Below are positions 8,822-17,352 of a stretch of DNA of 64,000 bases, one piece after another. Numbering within the stretch: position 1 is the stretch's first letter; each line of letters starts with the position of its first letter. The DNA is from Coriobacteriaceae bacterium. GTDB lineage: Bacteria; Actinomycetota; Coriobacteriia; Anaerosomatales; SLCP01. The notes below the pieces were generated by a model, which saw only the letters and a list, made by a program, of their open reading frames with translations, did not search any database and was not told where the DNA came from. Where the stretch lies: positions 753-64,752 of the forward strand of contig PWVH01000050.1 of NCBI GenBank assembly GCA_003563465.1, given 5' to 3'. The translations under genes and the position numbers were made by a program.

Positions 8822-10318
8822 CTACCCGAAGGTGAAGAAACGCATCAGCCCTTCGATGCCGGCGATCAGCGGTACGATTCCGACTCCGAGCAGTACCGCC
8901 GCGCAGAGCACGACGGCAATCTCGGGCCCCCTCCCCGACTCCTCAGGCCCCGAAATGTCAGCCATATCTCTGTCGGGCGGCGAAGACCCTGGCACCTCCG
9001 CTTCTGCGAAAGACTCTTCGGGCTCGTCGAAATAGAGTGACTTCAGTACCGATCCGTAGTATCCGAAAGAGATTACTGACGCAAGCACACCTATCAAGGC
9101 CAACCACCAATGCCCGACGGCAACCGCACTTCCGAAGACCAGGAACTTGCCCCAGAAGCCTGCGGTGAGCGGCATGCCCACGAGGGAGAACATCGCCACT
9201 GCAAGGGCCGCGGAGAGCCAACGTCGCTCTTGTCCGAGCCCCGCCAGACCGGCGATGCTGCCATCCCACCGGGGCCGTGCCGAACGAACCGCGGCGGCTG
9301 CGAGAAACGATGCCGACCCGGCAACGGCATAAGCGGAGACGAGCACCGCAGCCGGAGTCATGGCCACGCTGCCGACGGAAAGCGCGACGAGAGCGTATCC
9401 GACCTGTGCGACTCCCGCATAAGCCAGCATACGTGTGTAGGAGAACTGGGTCAGCCCACCGAGGGAACCGAACACCATAGATGCTACCGCTATAGCGCCA
9501 AAGACCCAGAGCAAGTACTCGGATGCGACGTTAGCGAACACAGCTCGCGTGTATAGCGTCATCATCGCAACGATCGCCGCGATCTTGGGCAATCCGGCCA
9601 GCATAGCTGAGGCATACGGGGGTGCCGTTTCGAATGCGTCGAGCGCCCACGAGTGGAAGGGAAACGCACCAAGCTTGTAGGCGAGCGCGACGCCGATGAG
9701 CACGAAAGCGGTCGTTACCGGTGGACCTGGGGAGCTCACCATAAGAGTGCGGATCCATACATAAGACGTCGTGTTGCCGTGCAGGCCGAAGACGATCGCC
9801 AGGCCCAGTACGAACAGACCGGTCGCGACGGCACCTTGTATGAAATACTTGATCGCCGCCTCTGTGGCAGAAGCGGTTCGGGCGGACCACACGAGGGCAT
9901 ACGCGCAAAGAGCCATCGCTTCGAGTGCTATCAGCAAGACAAGAATGTCTGCAGCGGCGACGATTGTAGCCGCAGAAGCGATGACCACGGCACTCAGAGC
10001 AGCCAGTCCACCGCCGTGATCAGCACGAACCAACCTCGGCCACGACGCGGCCAGCATCAGCGCACCGAGTCCGCAGATGACGGAAACGGTACCTGAGAAT
10101 CCCCCTCCGGACAGCGCCACATCTCCAGTGAGCGCCGTGGGTCGTCCGACTGCCGCGGCTCCTAGGACACACGCCAAAGCAGCGCCGGCTACCGCCGCAA
10201 CTACGGCATGGTGACGACGCTCGAAGGCATCCAACGCAATCGCGACGGCAGCGCCCGTGATGCAGGCGATCTGGGGCGCAAAGGCACTGAGTATAGTGAC
10301 TTCGGCCACGTCAGACAC
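8822..10318 (-). CDS. nuoN: NADH-quinone oxidoreductase subunit N (antiporter-like)
   Basis: 498 aa and polytopic. It is last in the nuo series and overlaps nuoM by 8 nt. Confidence 0.85.
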   Translation of the reverse strand: MSDVAEVTILSAFAPQIACITGAAVAIALDAFERRHHAVVAAVAGAALACVLGAAAVGRPTALTGDVALSGGGFSGTVSVICGLGALMLAASWPRLVRADHGGGLAALSAVVIASAATIVAAADILVLLIALEAMALCAYALVWSARTASATEAAIKYFIQGAVATGLFVLGLAIVFGLHGNTTSYVWIRTLMVSSPGPPVTTAFVLIGVALAYKLGAFPFHSWALDAFETAPPYASAMLAGLPKIAAIVAMMTLYTRAVFANVASEYLLWVFGAIAVASMVFGSLGGLTQFSYTRMLAYAGVAQVGYALVALSVGSVAMTPAAVLVSAYAVAGSASFLAAAAVRSARPRWDGSIAGLAGLGQERRWLSAALAVAMFSLVGMPLTAGFWGKFLVFGSAVAVGHWWLALIGVLASVISFGYYGSVLKSLYFDEPEESFAEAEVPGSSPPDRDMADISGPEESGRGPEIAVVLCAAVLLGVGIVPLIAGIEGLMRFFTFG

Positions 10319-11759
10319 CTCCTGCGATCAACTCGGCAAGTGTCGCGAACGCGTCTCCTGACATGTTGAGCACGATCGCCGGACACACGCCCAAGACGAC
10401 GATGGCTGCAACAAGCAGCATCACCGGCACTAGATCGCCAGCATCCAGGTCGCGAAGGGCTCTCCACTCCTCGGCTGGTGGACCGTGCACGACCTCCCGG
10501 ACAGCGCGCAGGTTGTAGGCTGCGGCGATCACCACCCCGATCATCGCGGGAATCATCGGCCACGACCATGCACCGAACGCCTCGATCACGGAAAGGAACT
10601 CCCCGGGGAAACCGGACAGCCCAGGTAGACCCAGGCTCGCAAGCGCTCCGAAGGTCAACGCCGAGCCCCAGCGTGGAGTGACGACACCCAGTCCTGCGAA
10701 ACGTGAGATCTCACGAGTGTGCGTGCGCACGTACAGTTGCCCCACCAAGAGGAAGAGCAGCGGAGCGACCAGGCCGTGGCTCACCATAACTAGCATCGCT
10801 CCAGCAATTCCACGCTCCGTGCCCGCCGAGATCGCAAGAAGAACGAAGCCCATGTGCGATACGCTCGACAGCGCCACGAGCCGCTTCAAGTCGCTTTGCA
10901 CGAGAGCTAGCGCCGCTCCGTAGATGATTCCGACAATCCCCAGGACTGCGAAGACGATCCCTGCATGCGCAAAACTCCCTGGCGAAATCGGCAGTGCCAG
11001 GCGAAGCAGTCCATATCCGCCCATCTTCAGAAGCACACCAGCTAACAGGATTGAGCCTGCAGTGGGAGCCTCGACGTGCGCGTCGGGTAGCCACGTGTGG
11101 ACAGGAAAAGCGGGAAGTTTGACAAGCATGCCGATAGCGATCAGCCAGAATACGAGCGAGGGCTGTGCCAACGCCGTACGGCCCGAGACGAGCATGGAGA
11201 TGTCGGTCTGCCCGATGCCGAAGACGGCCATGAGTATGCCGACCAGCATAAACGCGCTGCCTGCGAAGGTGTAGATGAAGAACTTCATCGCTGCATGACG
11301 ACGGTTCTCATGTCCCCAGATACCGATCAAGAAGTACATCGGGATGAGAACAGCTTCCCAGAACACGTACAGAAGAACGACATCGGCGGCCAGGAATACC
11401 CCGGTCACCGAAGCTTGAAGTCCGAGCAGAAGCGCATGATGCACGCTGGACCGATTATGTTCCCCCCAAGATGCGAGGACCGCTACCAGCCCGGTTAAGG
11501 CGGTCAGTGCAAGCAGCGGTGCGGATAGACCGTCGATTCGCAAGTCCCAGAAAGGCACCGTATCGCGTGCTACCCGCCAACCTTCAAGCGCTACACCACT
11601 GAAGATGCCCTCAGCGGCCAAGAACGCAAGAACTCCAGCGGAAGCGATAGTGGCACCCAGAGACGCAAGCCTGGAAGCCCGTGCCGACAGGCGGCCGACG
11701 CCAACGCACAAGGCAGCGCCTACAAGGGGTACCAGAATCAGGAGTTCTACAGCGAACAT
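10311..11759 (-). CDS. nuoM: NADH-quinone oxidoreductase subunit M
   Basis: 482 aa. It contains WLPDAHVEAPTAGSILLAGVLLKMGGYG, typical of NuoM/ND4. Confidence 0.9.
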   Translation of the reverse strand: MFAVELLILVPLVGAALCVGVGRLSARASRLASLGATIASAGVLAFLAAEGIFSGVALEGWRVARDTVPFWDLRIDGLSAPLLALTALTGLVAVLASWGEHNRSSVHHALLLGLQASVTGVFLAADVVLLYVFWEAVLIPMYFLIGIWGHENRRHAAMKFFIYTFAGSAFMLVGILMAVFGIGQTDISMLVSGRTALAQPSLVFWLIAIGMLVKLPAFPVHTWLPDAHVEAPTAGSILLAGVLLKMGGYGLLRLALPISPGSFAHAGIVFAVLGIVGIIYGAALALVQSDLKRLVALSSVSHMGFVLLAISAGTERGIAGAMLVMVSHGLVAPLLFLLVGQLYVRTHTREISRFAGLGVVTPRWGSALTFGALASLGLPGLSGFPGEFLSVIEAFGAWSWPMIPAMIGVVIAAAYNLRAVREVVHGPPAEEWRALRDLDAGDLVPVMLLVAAIVVLGVCPAIVLNMSGDAFATLAELIAGGV

Positions 11760-11760
11760 G

Positions 11761-13605
11761 CTAGAACCCCCGTCCCAGGTAAGCGACTAACGCAAGCAAG
11801 GCAACAGCACCGGCGCCGGACATGATGGCATACCATTGCGCGTCGCCTGACTGCAGCGACGTGAAGCCCCGTCCGAGGCGTCGAGCCGCCGGCCCCGTTC
11901 CTTCTGCGATCCTGTTGATCAACGAGCCCTCGACGAATACATCAAGAAGCGCCGAAGCCCGAGTGACAGGCCCTACCAGCATCGCATTGACAAGCGCATC
12001 TCCGCCCCATCCCCCGCGAGCGATAATGATGAGTTTTCCGGTTGACGTCGAGGGTCCAGGGTCGCTGGCAGAAGCCGCAGTGAACCATCCGCTGAGCAAC
12101 CCGACGATGGCTATGCCAGCGGACGCGAGAGCGATTCCTGGGTCGAGATCACCATGATGCCCCCCTATCAACGCTGCAATCACCCCGCCAGTGACACCAA
12201 AGATGGCGGCGCCGACAGCGAGCACCAGAAGCGGCAGCTGCATTTCCGGACCGCCCTCATGAGGATGTCCCGCACCTCGGTAGGTCCCGAAGAACGCGAG
12301 CCGGGTAGTACGAGCGACGTAAAACGCGGTCAGAAGGCTGGCACCGAAGAGTACGGCCGCCCAGAGCGGCTGCACGCCCCAGACACCGTGCAGGATCTCA
12401 TCCTTGCTGAAGAAGCCTGCCAAGGGCGGTACCCCTGCTAGAGCTAGTGCGCCAACAGCCCAAGTCGCACCCGTGATCGGCATTCTCTTGAACAAACCAC
12501 CCATTTCGTAGACATCCTGAACGCCCCCACAACCGTGAATCACGCTGCCGGAGCCAAGGAAGAGCAACGCCTTGAACATGGCATGCGTGACCAGGTGAAA
12601 GAGTGCGGCCTCCCACGCTCCGGCGCCGAGAGCAGCGAACATGAAGCCGAGTTGGCTGATTGTCGAGTAGGCGAGCACCTTCTTGATGTCGCGCTGGGCA
12701 GCTGCGGCGCAAGCAGCTGCAATCGCCGTGAAGCCGCCTATCGCGAGGGTCACCATGGCCGCTGTAGCCGACAGCGAGTAGAGTGGCCATATGCGTACGA
12801 TCAAGAAAACGCCAGCGGCAACCATTGTCGCCGCGTGGATCAAGGCCGAGACGGGTGTGGGACCTTCCATGGCGTCGGGCAGCCATATGTGTAGCGGGAA
12901 CTGAGCGGACTTGCCCACCGCACCAAAGAGTAGCAGCAGACTCACACTGGTGAGAACCGCTCCCGGTAGTGCGCTAGCCATCCCGAAGACCGCAGCATAC
13001 GAGAGGTCGCCGACCTCTCGCCACAGAAGCGCAAGTGCGAGCAGGAGTCCGATATCACCTACGCGAGTCGTCAAGAAGGCCTTCACCGCTGCTTTGGCCG
13101 CGGCGGGTTTCGTGAACCAGAAGCCGATCAGAAGGTAGGAGCAAGCGCCGACAAGCTCCCAGCCTATGAAGAGACCAAGGAACCCATCAGCGAGTACCAG
13201 AAGGCTCATCGATGCTGTGAACAGCGACAGGGTTGCAAAGTAGCGAGGCAGCCCCCTCTCGCCAGCCATGTATCCCGAGGAGAAGACCATGACGAGTAAT
13301 GCCACCATTCCGACAACGACAAGCATGAGCCCAGTCAGTCCGTCGACAGCCCAGCCAACAGCCATCCCGCCGTCTCCAGCTGCGGGCAGCCATACCGCAG
13401 CACCTCGTGCCAGCACGCCGCCTTTCTCTGCCGCGGACAACACCTCGAAGCAAGCCACGATACCGTAGAAGAGAACCCAAGCGGGTGCCAACGCCGAGAC
13501 ATACGCGATTCCTCGTCCGAGGAATCGCCCGACGAGTCCGACCAACAACGCGATCGCAAGAGGCAGCGCGACTACCGACCAGCCGTATGCGAGCACCACG
13601 CTCAC
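11761..13605 (-). CDS. nuoL: NADH-quinone oxidoreductase subunit L
   Basis: 614 aa. It contains WLPDAMEGPTPVSALIHAATMVAAGVFL, typical of NuoL/ND5. Confidence 0.92.
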   Translation of the reverse strand: MSVVLAYGWSVVALPLAIALLVGLVGRFLGRGIAYVSALAPAWVLFYGIVACFEVLSAAEKGGVLARGAAVWLPAAGDGGMAVGWAVDGLTGLMLVVVGMVALLVMVFSSGYMAGERGLPRYFATLSLFTASMSLLVLADGFLGLFIGWELVGACSYLLIGFWFTKPAAAKAAVKAFLTTRVGDIGLLLALALLWREVGDLSYAAVFGMASALPGAVLTSVSLLLLFGAVGKSAQFPLHIWLPDAMEGPTPVSALIHAATMVAAGVFLIVRIWPLYSLSATAAMVTLAIGGFTAIAAACAAAAQRDIKKVLAYSTISQLGFMFAALGAGAWEAALFHLVTHAMFKALLFLGSGSVIHGCGGVQDVYEMGGLFKRMPITGATWAVGALALAGVPPLAGFFSKDEILHGVWGVQPLWAAVLFGASLLTAFYVARTTRLAFFGTYRGAGHPHEGGPEMQLPLLVLAVGAAIFGVTGGVIAALIGGHHGDLDPGIALASAGIAIVGLLSGWFTAASASDPGPSTSTGKLIIIARGGWGGDALVNAMLVGPVTRASALLDVFVEGSLINRIAEGTGPAARRLGRGFTSLQSGDAQWYAIMSGAGAVALLALVAYLGRGF

Positions 13606-13911
13606 CTAACCTCTCACCTTCACGATCTCGTCGATACGTGTGGTCTTAAAGCGTCGTGAGACCGAGATCACGAGAGCGAGACCGACAGCGGCCTCGGCAG
13701 CAGCCAGGACAATCACCATAAGTCCTACGCCTTCGACCATGCCTTCCGAGCCTTGTACGGTCCTTCCGGCAACGGCGAGACCGACGAGGAGCAAAGTAGC
13801 GGACCCCAGCATCACCTCTATGCTCGCTAGAATCGCTACGAGATCACGGCGAGTGAGCACACCGTAGAGCCCTATACAGAACAGTCCTACTGCAATCACA
13901 AGCAGGCTCAC
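13606..13911 (-). CDS. nuoK: NADH-quinone oxidoreductase subunit K
   Basis: 101 aa with 3 TM helices. It has a conserved Glu-containing IEVMLGSATLL and AAAEAAVGLAL. Confidence 0.9.
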   Translation of the reverse strand: MSLLVIAVGLFCIGLYGVLTRRDLVAILASIEVMLGSATLLLVGLAVAGRTVQGSEGMVEGVGLMVIVLAAAEAAVGLALVISVSRRFKTTRIDEIVKVRG

Positions 13912-14405
13912 CGCTCATCACCTCCGCGCATGATCACTACAACGACCACTAGCGCGACAAGAAGGAGGACGCCTGCCATCTCGAAGTGGGCGAGCATCGG
14001 GCCGAGGAGTGCCTCGGCCAGCTCGGTTGTCCCGGTCACGAGTCCGTGATCCACTGTGTCGGGCACTACTCCGCTGAGAGCGGTCACGACCATCACGAAC
14101 AGACCGCCGGCGACTGCGACCGCAGAGACGTCATGGCGGGTCTCGAGTCTCGGAGAGCCATCCGGAGTGCGGTGAACGAGCATGATTGCGAAAAGCATCA
14201 AAACGAGAACGCCGCCCACGTAGACGAAGAGCTGCGCGACACCAAGAAACGTCGCACCCCAGTAAACGAAGAAGCCGGCAACAGCTAGTAGGAACGCTCC
14301 GAGGCCGATCGCCATGCGAGAGACGTCTGCGGCAAAGACCGTCGCGAGGCCTCCAGCCACAGCTACGATTCCCAAGACCGTAAACACCGCGCTCTCGACA
14401 CTCAA
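13908..14405 (-). CDS. nuoJ: NADH-quinone oxidoreductase subunit J
   Basis: 165 aa. It sits between nuoI and nuoK and contains FLGVAQLFVYVGGVLVLMLF. Confidence 0.85.
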   Translation of the reverse strand: MSVESAVFTVLGIVAVAGGLATVFAADVSRMAIGLGAFLLAVAGFFVYWGATFLGVAQLFVYVGGVLVLMLFAIMLVHRTPDGSPRLETRHDVSAVAVAGGLFVMVVTALSGVVPDTVDHGLVTGTTELAEALLGPMLAHFEMAGVLLLVALVVVVVIMRGGDER

Positions 14406-16405
14406 TCCGACACCTCCCCGTTTCCTTCGCGCCCTGAATCGCGTCCAGTCGCTCGTGTGCCCTCGCCACTCCTGAGCATCTCATCGCAATCGAAGACCAT
14501 CAGATCACGATGGAAGAAGGTCAGTTCGTATTGTCCTGTGTGCGTAAGTGCGTCCGTAGGACACTGTTGGGCGCACAAGCCACAGAAGCAGCACTTCGAG
14601 AGATCGAGATCGTAGAGCGTGACTCGTCGCTGACCCGGGTCGTCGATGCGCTCCACCTGTATCGCGTAGTCCGGACACGTCCGGGCGCAGAAGGTGCATC
14701 CCACACACACCTCGGACTGGCACCTCAAACACCTCATCGCCTCGCCCAGGGCCTCCATTTGTGTCAGCCCGAGCTCGACAGGACGGAAGTCAGTGACCCT
14801 TTCCTCGGGTCGGGCCATCGGCACGGTGACGCGACGACGTTCCCCTTCGACTCCATCGAGGAGGGCGGGCTGATACTCCTCGTAGAGGGGAACCGGACGT
14901 ACGACTCTTCCCTCAGTCACGCTCTGCCCCTGCAAGTAGCGATGGATCGACTCTGCTGCCTCGTGACCTGTGGCGATAGAGACGATCGCGCTCCCAGGAC
15001 CGGTCACGACCTCACCGCATGCAAAGACCTGTTCCTGGGCGGTGGTGAACACCGTCCCATCAACAGGTAGCATCCCGCGGTCGGTCAGAGTGAGCTCGGA
15101 GCCCTCGATCACGTCTGCGAGCACCGGCGCCTGGCCGATCGCGAAGACCACAACGTCTGTCGATATGTCCGTGTACTCATCACCGAATTCGGGAGCGAAG
15201 CGGCCCTTCTCGTCGAAAACCGAGATGCACTCGCGCATCCTCATGCCTCGAACCGATCCGATCGCGCTCACCAACACCTCTTCGGGACCCAAAGAGCACA
15301 TCGCAATCACGCCCTCATCGAGGGCTTCTTCGATCTCCCAGGGATGACATGGCATCTCGGCGTCGGACTCGAGGCATGCAAGTCGGACTTCCGTAGCTCC
15401 GGTACGCAGAGCGCAACGCGCAACATCAACGGCTACGTTACCGCCTCCGATAACAAGCACCCTAAGCCCCTTAACGCCCGCATCGCCCTTCCAGTTCGCT
15501 GCGCGCAGAAACGGGAGTGCGCCCTCCACGCCTTCGGCGTCGTGACCAGGAAGCGGCAGTATGCGGCTCTCCTGAAGACCAACGGCTATCAGGACCGCGT
15601 CGTAGACGTCGAGTAGACGGTGCATCGACACATTCTTGCCTACCTCGACCCCAAGCTTGAGATCTAGGCCCATCTTGACGAGGTTTCCTATCTCGTCATG
15701 CAGCACCTCTCGAGGTAGGCGGTAGGCAGGCACACCCGAGTAGAGCGCGCCGCCGGGCTTCTCGTCCTTCTCGTAGACCGTCACGCGGTAGCCGAGTCTC
15801 ATCAAATCGTACGCAGCAGTGAGACCGGACGGCCCGGAGCCTATGATTGCTATGCGCTCATCGTGGTGAACAGTAAAGGGCTTCAACCGCTCGTCGGCCA
15901 CTTTCCGGTATTCCTCGTAGGCGTGTCGATGCAGCGGGCGGATGGCTATGGGCTCGTCATAATAGTTGCGCCTGCATGCTGACTCGCAAGGATGATGACA
16001 GATTCGGCCCAGTACCCCAGGGAATATGTTTCGCTCGCGCACGAGTTCGTACGCCTCAGATGGCTTCCCCTCGCCGAGGAGATAACCCTGGCCGCGCGCG
16101 TCGACGTTAGCGGGGCAGTTTCCTACGCACGCGGGCAGGCGATTCTCACGATAGAGCCCGTCGATCAGGGCATTGTAGGCTGGCGGCCCTGCGGAAAGCA
16201 CGGAGATCTCGTCGCGACCGAGAACGCCGCGAAGTCTCAGCGCACCACGCCACCGGGGTGACAGGACTACCTTCTCCCTCGGGTATCGCACGGTACCGAC
16301 AGGGCGCAGAGCTTGCCTGCCCGTGATGGTCAGACCGGTGAGCAGGGAGCGCACCCGCGCAAAGATGCCTGCTGCGCCAGAGGGGTAGTCATTTGTGGCG
16401 TTCAC
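14402..16405 (-). CDS. nuoI: NuoI (2x[4Fe-4S] subunit) interrupted by a GltD/NfnB/SudA-like NAD(P)H-dependent FAD/Fe-S oxidoreductase module
   Basis: Proposed start is the GTG at 16405, which overlaps the nuoH TGA as GTGA. The NuoI N-terminus is LLTGLTITGRQALRPVGTVRYPREKVVLSPRWRGALRL. The middle carries ACVGNCP...NIFPGVLGRICHHPCESAC, IAIIGSGPSGLTAAYDL, YEKDEKPGG and VLVIGGGNVAVDVARCA. The C-terminus has CVGCTFCARTCP and CCFCGLCAQQCP (NuoI clusters N6a/N6b). It is one uninterrupted frame. Confidence 0.85.
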   Translation of the reverse strand: MNATNDYPSGAAGIFARVRSLLTGLTITGRQALRPVGTVRYPREKVVLSPRWRGALRLRGVLGRDEISVLSAGPPAYNALIDGLYRENRLPACVGNCPANVDARGQGYLLGEGKPSEAYELVRERNIFPGVLGRICHHPCESACRRNYYDEPIAIRPLHRHAYEEYRKVADERLKPFTVHHDERIAIIGSGPSGLTAAYDLMRLGYRVTVYEKDEKPGGALYSGVPAYRLPREVLHDEIGNLVKMGLDLKLGVEVGKNVSMHRLLDVYDAVLIAVGLQESRILPLPGHDAEGVEGALPFLRAANWKGDAGVKGLRVLVIGGGNVAVDVARCALRTGATEVRLACLESDAEMPCHPWEIEEALDEGVIAMCSLGPEEVLVSAIGSVRGMRMRECISVFDEKGRFAPEFGDEYTDISTDVVVFAIGQAPVLADVIEGSELTLTDRGMLPVDGTVFTTAQEQVFACGEVVTGPGSAIVSIATGHEAAESIHRYLQGQSVTEGRVVRPVPLYEEYQPALLDGVEGERRRVTVPMARPEERVTDFRPVELGLTQMEALGEAMRCLRCQSEVCVGCTFCARTCPDYAIQVERIDDPGQRRVTLYDLDLSKCCFCGLCAQQCPTDALTHTGQYELTFFHRDLMVFDCDEMLRSGEGTRATGRDSGREGNGEVSD

Positions 16406-17352
16406 AGCCACGAGATCACCGCCCCTACCAACACGAGTTGAATGAGCGCCATCGGGGTGAGTACCTTCCATGCGGTCGCCATGAGCTGGTCTGGGCGCAT
16501 GCGTGGGAAGGTCCACGACACCCAGAGCATCAGCAGCGCGATGACCAGGGCCTTCAGAACGAATACGATCACTCCGAGCGCTCCAGGAACGCCGAGATAG
16601 CCTCCGAAGAACACGGCGGCGCCGAATAGCGAGGCAGCGACGAGACCACCGTACTCGGCCATCGCGAAGATGGCCCATCGGATTCCCGAGTAGTCAGCGA
16701 ACGGGCCGGCGACGAGCTCGGCCTCAGCCTCTGGTAAGTCGAACGGAACGCGGTTGATCTCGGCAAGTGAAGCGATGAAGTAGACGATGAAGCCTATGAA
16801 GGTCAGTGGTATCCACCACCACTGCCATGCGTCCATGATGTCTAGGGGGCGCATCGAACCAGCGAGCAGCACGACCGGCAGCACCGACAGGGTGCGCGGA
16901 AGCTCGTAAGAGATCATCTGAGCTGCGGCGCGAAGTCCCCCGAGTGTGGCGTAAGTGTTGCGAGAAGACCATCCGGCAAGTAGCACGCCCACCACAGAAA
17001 TTGCGGGCACGGCGACGAAGAAAAGCACGCCGACCCCCGTGTCGATGGGTGCGAACCCGTAGGCGTACGGAATCACAGCGAGCGACATCGCAGCAGGCGC
17101 GAATACGATCAGGGGTGCTACCCGAAAGATGCGTACGTCGACGGCTGCAGGGGTGATGTCTTCTTTGAGCAGGAGCTTCAAAGTGTCGGCGCCGGTCTGG
17201 AGCAGACCGAAGGGACCTAACTCCTGAGGCCCGTAGCGTAACTGTATGCGTCCGGCGATCTTCCGCTCGCCCCACACCCCGATGAAGGCTGCAAGCGAGA
17301 TGACCATACCGGCGGCAAGACCGTATATCGCTCCCCAAATGAGGCCGCTCAC
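16402..17352 (-). CDS. nuoH: NADH-quinone oxidoreductase subunit H
   Basis: 316 aa. It contains GERKIAGRIQLRYGP and EINRVPFDLPEAEAELVAGPFADYSG, typical of NuoH/ND1. Confidence 0.93.
   Translation of the reverse strand: MSGLIWGAIYGLAAGMVISLAAFIGVWGERKIAGRIQLRYGPQELGPFGLLQTGADTLKLLLKEDITPAAVDVRIFRVAPLIVFAPAAMSLAVIPYAYGFAPIDTGVGVLFFVAVPAISVVGVLLAGWSSRNTYATLGGLRAAAQMISYELPRTLSVLPVVLLAGSMRPLDIMDAWQWWWIPLTFIGFIVYFIASLAEINRVPFDLPEAEAELVAGPFADYSGIRWAIFAMAEYGGLVAASLFGAAVFFGGYLGVPGALGVIVFVLKALVIALLMLWVSWTFPRMRPDQLMATAWKVLTPMALIQLVLVGAVISWL

Noticed and set aside
16406-16678. 91-codon N-terminal extension of the nuoI ORF (MGHLRDGRVRWSRRCLAIRRRR...)
   Set aside because: It lies entirely inside nuoH in another frame and has an Arg-rich out-of-frame composition. 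NuoI homology starts after the GTG at 16405, which forms a GTGA overlap with the nuoH stop.
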